DNA of 60,303 nt from Candidatus Giovannonibacteria bacterium RIFCSPLOWO2_01_FULL_46_13 (lineage in GTDB: Bacteria; Patescibacteriota; Minisyncoccia; JACPKW01; UBA11713): positions 1,072 to 61,374 of the forward strand of contig MFIE01000019.1 of NCBI GenBank assembly GCA_001778785.1. Direction: 5' to 3'. Below are positions 54,320 to 59,173 of this stretch, piece by piece; positions within the stretch are counted from its first letter, which is position 1; each line of letters starts with the position of its first letter. The notes below the pieces were generated by a model. The model made no database searches and was not told the origin of the DNA. It saw only the letters and a list, made by a program, of their open reading frames with translations. A program made the position numbers and the translations under genes.

Positions 54320-54432
54320 ATAATTGAAAAGTGAATAGGTTAACTACTTTCTTTAGAGGAGAAAGCCGGTAATACGAAAAAAGGCGATTTGGCGTAACTT
54401 CTCTAGGGACTGTGCTAAATCGCCTTTTTTTG
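54320..54432 (+). ncRNA. Candidate short terminated transcript/leader from P2 (about 113 nt)
   Basis: Starts about 7 nt after the P2 -10 element. Internal hairpin CTTTCT/AGAAAG. Ends in terminator AAGGCGATTT...AAATCGCCTTTTTTT (54377-54432). No ORF inside. Confidence 0.4.
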
Positions 54433-54555
54433 TTGCTACGCACTTCGTAGCCTTGGCGAAGTAGTGAGTCGAGATGGAGTGAAGAACAAAAATCATATAC
54501 AGTGTCTTCCTCCATCTGGGCTCATTTAGAAAATTATATAGAAGGAGGTGAGAAA

Positions 54556-54669
54556 ATGGTCGAGGAATCTGGGAAGTTTGTTCTCGTCGATGGCTTCGTG
54601 GCAAGCGCGAAGCCGATGACGAAGAGGGAGATCGCGGATCTGCGCGAGCAGGTTCGCGAGAGTAAGTAG
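54556..54669 (+). CDS. 37-aa hypothetical protein
   Basis: GAAGGAGGTG SD 6 nt before the ATG. MVEESGKFVLVDGFVASAKPMTKREIADLREQVRESK. Confidence 0.45.
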   Translation: MVEESGKFVLVDGFVASAKPMTKREIADLREQVRESK

Positions 54670-54815
54670 GCAAAAAACAGGAAAGGAGGTGCGTATGTCT
54701 TGTACATATTGCACCTCCCGACCTCAACCCAGCGCTCGAAGTAATTTCGAGAATTGAGTTGAGGGTGATCTTTGGAAAAAATAGTGTGCGAAACAAATTG
54801 AAAAGGAGAAAGAAA

Positions 54816-55046
54816 ATGGATTTTAAGGACTATCAGAAGCTAGAGGAAAGGGTGGGGGTCGCGGTGGTTTTTATTTTTTCCTCGGTTGCGTTGTCGGCCC
54901 TTTATATATGGCCGACTGGACTTACCTTTGTTCTCTGCTTCGCGGCCGCTTTCGCGGTTGGCGAGGCGACAAAGATTTGGCTGGGAGGAAAGTATGACCT
55001 CGTGACGAAGAGGATGGCGGAGGAGAGGATACGATTTATCGTATAA
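54816..55046 (+). CDS. 76-aa hypothetical membrane protein
   Basis: Start set at the ATG after AAAAGGAGAAAG. Two hydrophobic helices. The 3' end lies inside the 75-nt repeat. Confidence 0.5.
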   Translation: MDFKDYQKLEERVGVAVVFIFSSVALSALYIWPTGLTFVLCFAAAFAVGEATKIWLGGKYDLVTKRMAEERIRFIV

Positions 55047-55096
55047 CCTCTCCCCTCAACTGAGCTGACGAGAGAAATTTTCGAAGGCTCTGAGAG
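55022..55096 (+). repeat. 75-nt hairpin module, copy A
   Basis: GGAGAGGATACGA-TTTA-TCGTATAACCTCTCC followed by CCTCAACTGAGCTGACGAGAGAAATTTTCGAAGGCTCTGAGAG. Repeated at 57138-57211. Confidence 0.8.
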
Positions 55097-55115
55097 TTTG
55101 GAAGTTCTTTGAAAA

Positions 55116-55319
55116 TCAAATATCTTCGGGTGAAAGGCCAGCTTGTTTTAGGATTGATTTCAGCGTACCTTTTGGAATGTCTTTGTTGTGATAAGGCACA
55201 ATTGCACGTTTGCCATCGCTATTCCTATAAATAAAATGGCTTCCTTTGGAGCGTACGAAGTGGAAACCATTTTGCTCAAGCAGTTTGATGACTTGCTTTG
55301 GCGTTAGGGATTTAGGCAT
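55116..55319 (-). CDS. hicA: HicA-family toxin (second copy)
   Basis: MPKSLTPKQVIKLLEQNGFHFVRSKGSHFIYRN... Confidence 0.8.
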   Translation of the reverse strand: MPKSLTPKQVIKLLEQNGFHFVRSKGSHFIYRNSDGKRAIVPYHNKDIPKGTLKSILKQAGLSPEDI

Positions 55320-55608
55320 GAGTAAACGAGGCTGTTTTTCTAGGAAGGTCTATTGTGACTTCTCCGGTGTATGTTGGAGATTCATTGGGAATAGGCTCGC
55401 CCCGTTCAATCATATCTTCAAGATAGAGCTCAATAGCTTCTTTAGCCATTTTTTGAGCTTCATCAATGTCTCTTCCAAAGGTTATGCAGCCTGGTAACGC
55501 TGGAACGAGCACGGTAAAGCCGCCTTCCGGTTCTTTGCGTAGAATAATTGGAAATCGCAACTGACCATCAAATTTAGTGCGCTTTATTTTGTGAGTTTTC
55601 TTGACCAT
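55312..55608 (-). CDS. hicB: HicB-family antitoxin (second copy)
   Basis: FPIILRKEPEGGFTVLVPALPGCITFGRDIDEAQKMAKEAIELYLE. 8-nt overlap with hicA. Confidence 0.75.
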   Translation of the reverse strand: MVKKTHKIKRTKFDGQLRFPIILRKEPEGGFTVLVPALPGCITFGRDIDEAQKMAKEAIELYLEDMIERGEPIPNESPTYTGEVTIDLPRKTASFTHA

Positions 55609-55760
55609 AGCGCTATCTTACTATGACGAAACGGATGAATCAATGTTTCCGCCAGCTGGCGGAGAGTCGAGACGAGGTTAGAAGATAAAATTGTAATCTC
55701 ATCTCGATTCAATAGTGAATCGAACTGTTCTTCGAAAAAAAATTGAAAGGAGGTGCCAAA

Positions 55761-55934
55761 ATGGCCCCAAAAATAAAGTGCGACACATGCGGTCAGGAAG
55801 CCGCATGGGAGTGTCAGAATCTTGATGGTGCGCATGATGGGGATCGCGAGATCTTCGCGTGTGCTTCGTGCAGCTGGGAAAATCATGCCAGCTGCAAAAT
55901 GATTCCGGTCTCAACCCAGGGCGCCGAGGGCTAA
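55761..55934 (+). CDS. 57-aa Cys-rich (zinc-ribbon-like) hypothetical protein
   Basis: ATG after GAAAGGAGGTG. CDTC...C...CASC...C pattern. Confidence 0.5.
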   Translation: MAPKIKCDTCGQEAAWECQNLDGAHDGDREIFACASCSWENHASCKMIPVSTQGAEG

Positions 55935-55999
55935 ATCGGCAGGAGCGGACGAAACTCCTCATAGAGGAGTTCTTCGAAAAAAATGAAAGGAGAATTATT

Positions 56000-56269
56000 A
56001 TGGGCGTTTTTACGCTCGATAAAACGGCCCAGGAAGAGTTGAACGATCTCTTCCGCAATGAGGATCATTGGTCCTCTGAGGGAACTCCTGGAGAAGGACA
56101 TTCTTCATTGGTGCGGTATGTTTCTAATCTCATTATCGCCGCACTTATGGCGAGTGGTAAGGTGGAGATCCCCGCGCCACTTGGGACCGAAGAGGTTTTG
56201 GAGACAGAAGTCATTGAATTGGCAGCTGTACTCCGAAGGAGGGCCGACCCTGACACACCGATGTCGTAA
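56000..56269 (+). CDS. 89-aa hypothetical protein
   Basis: ATG after GAAAGGAGAA. No recognisable motif. Confidence 0.5.
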   Translation: MGVFTLDKTAQEELNDLFRNEDHWSSEGTPGEGHSSLVRYVSNLIIAALMASGKVEIPAPLGTEEVLETEVIELAAVLRRRADPDTPMS

Positions 56270-56409
56270 AACTCGGGAACCTGCCGGGCGCTGGCAGAAG
56301 TCGCAAGACTTGAAACGGCGCAAGTCCGATGCAAGGTCGGACGACTCCATCTGAAGTTCAACAAAAAAAGAACTACGATGGTGATGTTCTTTAATCAAAA
56401 AAATGCAAA

Positions 56410-56445
56410 GGGGAGAAGAATGCAAAATATTGCATTCTTCTCCCC
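56410..56445 (+). other. Perfect 16-bp hairpin with a 4-nt loop
   Basis: GGGGAGAAGAATGCAA-AATA-TTGCATTCTTCTCCCC. Confidence 0.8.
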
Positions 56446-56447
56446 GA

Positions 56448-56517
56448 ACGCTCGCGAGATGTGTGTCTCGCCTGATGAGCCCGCCAAAGGCGGGCAAGTC
56501 CAAAAGGACGAAAGCGT
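56448..56517 (+). ncRNA. Candidate type III hammerhead ribozyme (variant with an extra hairpin)
   Basis: ACGCU-C17, stem I GCGAGA/UCUCGC, CUGAUGA, stem II GCCCGCC/GGCGGGC, extra GUCC-AAAA-GGAC, then GAAA-GCGU closing stem III. Confidence 0.55.
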
Positions 56518-56524
56518 GTGTTCT

Positions 56525-56639
56525 TTGAATTAAATATTATAGATTTCTGGTTGCCGTTTTGATTCTGATTTTTCGGAGTTGAAGCGGCGGCCGGAAAATC
56601 TAACCATTTCGGTTCGACCAAATAATTTCAATCCGGAGG
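56525..56639 (+). repeat. 115-nt leader repeat, copy 1 (upstream of 56646 gene)
   Basis: 111 of 115 positions identical, with no indels, to 57224-57338. Ends in the SD TCCGGAGG. Confidence 0.9.
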
Positions 56640-56645
56640 CATGAG

Positions 56646-57092
56646 ATGAAAAAAGTAATTTGGCTGTCCCGACATGATTTGTCGGCAGCCCAAGTTAAGG
56701 CCCTTCGTGAACTCCATGGGGAGGACGCGGAGATTGTGAAAGAATCCCCGTCGCTTAACGGCCCGGAAGGTTTACTCGATTTCATCGAGAAGACCGATAA
56801 GGCTGGGTACGGTAACACGTTTGTGTACGCCGTGGCCGCCGCCGTGCATTACATTTCGGCGACGATCAGAGGAAAGCCGTTCGGAATTTTCGAAAACCAT
56901 CCGCAAAAGCGGATGGATGGAAGCTTCGGACTAGCGGCAGTGTACTGGGTAAACGTTAATCGTAACTACCCATGCACGGACGAACGGATGCCGGCGGGAC
57001 ATGACTCTCTTCGAAAGGTCTGGGTTAACCCAGACCCAATGACTGATTTCGGGGAGACTTTAATCCCCGTTGTCCGAGACGCTAACATATAG
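56646..57092 (+). CDS. 148-aa hypothetical protein
   Basis: ORF preceded by a GGAGG SD. No recognisable motif. Confidence 0.55.
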   Translation: MKKVIWLSRHDLSAAQVKALRELHGEDAEIVKESPSLNGPEGLLDFIEKTDKAGYGNTFVYAVAAAVHYISATIRGKPFGIFENHPQKRMDGSFGLAAVYWVNVNRNYPCTDERMPAGHDSLRKVWVNPDPMTDFGETLIPVVRDANI

Positions 57093-57137
57093 TTCTTTTT
57101 TGAAGGTTTCGAGATTGAACCTGAAAAATCTCACAAG

Positions 57138-57211
57138 GGAGAGGCTACGATTTATCGTACAACCTCTCCCCTCAACTGAGCTGACGAGAGAAATTTCGAA
57201 GGCTCTGAGAG
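57138..57211 (+). repeat. 75-nt hairpin module, copy B
   Basis: Differs from 55022-55096 by 2 substitutions and 1 deleted T. Confidence 0.8.
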
Positions 57212-57223
57212 GTAGAAAGTTCC

Positions 57224-57338
57224 TTGAATTAAATATCATAGATTTCTGGTTGCCGCTTTGATTCTGATTTTTCGGAGTTGAAACGGCGGCCGGAAAATCT
57301 AACCATTTCGGTTCGACCAAACAATTTCAATCCGGAGG
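57224..57338 (+). repeat. 115-nt leader repeat, copy 2 (upstream of 57343 gene)
   Basis: See copy 1. Confidence 0.9.
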
Positions 57339-57342
57339 TGCG

Positions 57343-57963
57343 ATGAAGAAAATTTTTCTCTCCGATGAGGAGAAAGGATGGTCAATTCCCAAGTTGGCCG
57401 AGAAGTACGGCGTGTCTCGTGCGACCGCGTGGCGCGCCAAAAAACGGGGCTGGCTTGTGCCAGCATATCTCGAGAAGAAAATGATTATTTCTGATGACGG
57501 GATTCCGGTCTCCAAAGAAGAAATTATCAGAGATGCCAAGACGGGAGTCTTCGGTTTCTTGAAGAGGGTTTTAGCTGGTAAGAATTTCAAACAGGCTATA
57601 GCCCCCTTTTCAACGGACGATATGGTCCAGGAGGCCACAAAAAGGCTTTATGAATTAACTGGCCATGAAAAGTTTACAGACCGCAGCTGGCGAATCAATG
57701 TCGCATGGGTTGCGGCGAGGGATTTTATTCAGGGGTCTGTGTGGAAGCATGGACTCGTCGATAGAATCCCGGATAAATGGGAACTTCCAGAAGAACCAAG
57801 AATCTTTGGGGAAAATAGTGTTTTTCTGGCGGAGCTTCGGTGGAGATTGGGAGAAAGGAGGTGGGAGTTATTGTGGGATTGGGCTAAAGGAAGTAGTAAT
57901 CTCAAACCGCCGCAGGATTTAATTCGTGCGGCACGAAAGGAGACTGGACTATGTCCCTCCTAG
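57343..57963 (+). CDS. HTH-domain protein with weak sigma-70 region-2-like segment
   Basis: N-terminal HTH IPKLAEKYGVSRATAWRAKKRG. The mid-region DDMVQEATKRLYEL...RINVAWVAARDFI is reminiscent of sigma region 2 (weak). Confidence 0.5.
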   Translation: MKKIFLSDEEKGWSIPKLAEKYGVSRATAWRAKKRGWLVPAYLEKKMIISDDGIPVSKEEIIRDAKTGVFGFLKRVLAGKNFKQAIAPFSTDDMVQEATKRLYELTGHEKFTDRSWRINVAWVAARDFIQGSVWKHGLVDRIPDKWELPEEPRIFGENSVFLAELRWRLGERRWELLWDWAKGSSNLKPPQDLIRAARKETGLCPS

Positions 57964-58742
57964 TTTCAATCATCTGTAGATTGTGTGGGTCGGATTTCCA
58001 GGTCGACCCAAAAACATTCGGGGCGCTCGGTTTACGGGGCGTCCCGAAAAAATGCCCCTCCTGCTGCGATAAAAAGCAGGAGCGGCCCCCGGAGGCGACG
58101 GTGATCAATCGCCAGTGCCTCCAGGATTTTCCGGCAGTGCGAGTGTGCTTGCCGGAAAATCTCTTCGCGCCTTTCAAGGCGCAGAATGATGATCGTCCGT
58201 GTTTGCGGGCGGTTATAAAAGGAAGCTCTCTTGGCAGAGGAGCTTCTTGGTCAGGTCGGCTCGATATTTATTGTCTAGCCGAAAAGTTGCCCTCCGTTGC
58301 CCGTGTACGGGTGATGGAAGTAACCCATGTCTCCGGCCAGCGTCGCATGGAGCGGCACAAGGATGCGGAGGGGGCGGTACCAGGAGTATCGCTTTCGCAC
58401 CCCGGCCAGCCGACGAGAACGGTGGAGGTGGAGTATTCACCCACCTATACCTATCTCGTTTTGGAGCCGACGGGTGAAGAACCTTTGGCGGCCCTGATCT
58501 TCACGAGCGTGAATTACAAAACCACGCTCAAGGGGTTCGGGAGGCAATGGTATGCCTCATTGGATACCTCGGCGGCCCTCTGGGTGCGTGAACTTTCAAG
58601 CTCAGCACGCTCCGGTCGCTTCGGTGCTTATGGCGCCGTGGCAGTGGTTGACGAAGGTCATCTCGTCATCGCTAAGCAGTGGGGTGACATCGAGTCGCAC
58701 ACTGCTTTCTCCGGTGATAAAAAGGAGGTTGTTGAGGGGTAA
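57951..58742 (+). CDS. Hypothetical protein with an N-terminal zinc ribbon (CxxC...CxxCC)
   Basis: CRLCGSDFQVDPKTFGALGLRGVPKKCPSCCDKK. Overlaps the upstream gene by 13 nt. Confidence 0.55.
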   Translation: MSLLVSIICRLCGSDFQVDPKTFGALGLRGVPKKCPSCCDKKQERPPEATVINRQCLQDFPAVRVCLPENLFAPFKAQNDDRPCLRAVIKGSSLGRGASWSGRLDIYCLAEKLPSVARVRVMEVTHVSGQRRMERHKDAEGAVPGVSLSHPGQPTRTVEVEYSPTYTYLVLEPTGEEPLAALIFTSVNYKTTLKGFGRQWYASLDTSAALWVRELSSSARSGRFGAYGAVAVVDEGHLVIAKQWGDIESHTAFSGDKKEVVEG

Positions 58743-58777
58743 GTTCTTTGAAAGGAGCTATGGTTGGTTAAAAAATT

Positions 58778-58992
58778 AGCGTTCTGAAGACGCTCATGTT
58801 GCAACTTAATGTTGCATTAGGAAACCGTAAGGTTTCCAGGAGAGCCGATGCTCTGCCACATCCCAGGGGTGCTAAGAACACCCGGAAATGTGGGAGCTAG
58901 GTCTCCAAATAAGCACAAGCGAACTCGATTAATTCGAGCCCACCGCTTGTGCTTCCCCCAGAGTTTTTAATTAAATTTGAAATTTCTGGGGG
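58778..58992 (+). ncRNA. Candidate structured non-coding RNA of unknown class (eight consecutive hairpins)
   Basis: Includes GGAAACC-GUAA-GGUUUCC, an 11-bp stem AAGCACAAGCG/CGCTTGTGCTT, and CCCCCAGA/TCTGGGGG. No ORF longer than 3 codons. Confidence 0.4.
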
Positions 58993-59129
58993 AGATCTTT
59001 GAATTAAGTTAAAAAAAATAATACGAAAGGAGTAAATAATCTATATGTGGCTGGTGGTTCGGTATATGAGAGAAGTAGAAATACTTTTCTCCCTCTAATA
59101 TCAAGCCATCAGCCATATGAAGATTAACC

Positions 59130-59155
59130 AAAAACCCGCCTCAGGCGGGTTTTTG
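59130..59155. terminator. Bidirectional terminator downstream of the H+-PPase gene
   Basis: AAAAACCCGCC-TCA-GGCGGGTTTTT. Confidence 0.75.
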
Positions 59156-59173
59156 GTTTGCTTTTAAATTTTT

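Larger units (their letters stand above)
54108..59130 (+). mobile_element. Putative horizontally acquired ORFan island (phage/plasmid-like remnant; no integrase or transposase seen)
   Basis: Bounded by clpP and the H+-PPase terminator. All plus-strand genes carry GGAG(G) SD sequences, unlike host genes. Contains internal repeats, a hicAB pair, a ribozyme-like element and dense RNA structure. Confidence 0.4.

Noticed and set aside
55066-55085. CUGACGAG...GAAG in the 75-nt repeat (also at 57181-57200) looked like a second hammerhead core
   Set aside because: Stem II would be only GAGA/UUUC around a 2-3-nt loop. The core reads GAAG rather than GAAA. No stem I hairpin abuts the CUGA, and no stem III partner follows position 15.1.
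56391-57320. Minus-strand ORFs 56391..56621 and 57060..57320, both starting MVEPKWLDFPAA
   Set aside because: They are by-products of the 115-nt repeat. All differences between the copies are non-synonymous in that frame, and no SD is present.
57491-57497. CTGATGA heptamer inside the 57343 CDS (another at about 9826 in the pilin gene)
   Set aside because: No flanking stem I/II/III arrangement and no GAAA in register. This is the expected chance occurrence of a 7-mer in 60 kb.
58857-58906. Nested hairpin CACAUCCC-AGGGGUG-CUAAGAA-CACCCGG-AAAUGUG-GGAG superficially resembles the twister ribozyme architecture
   Set aside because: It lacks the conserved U-A cleavage context 5' of P2 and the CCCAAGC-type loop as I remember them. 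The call cannot be supported without a covariance model.
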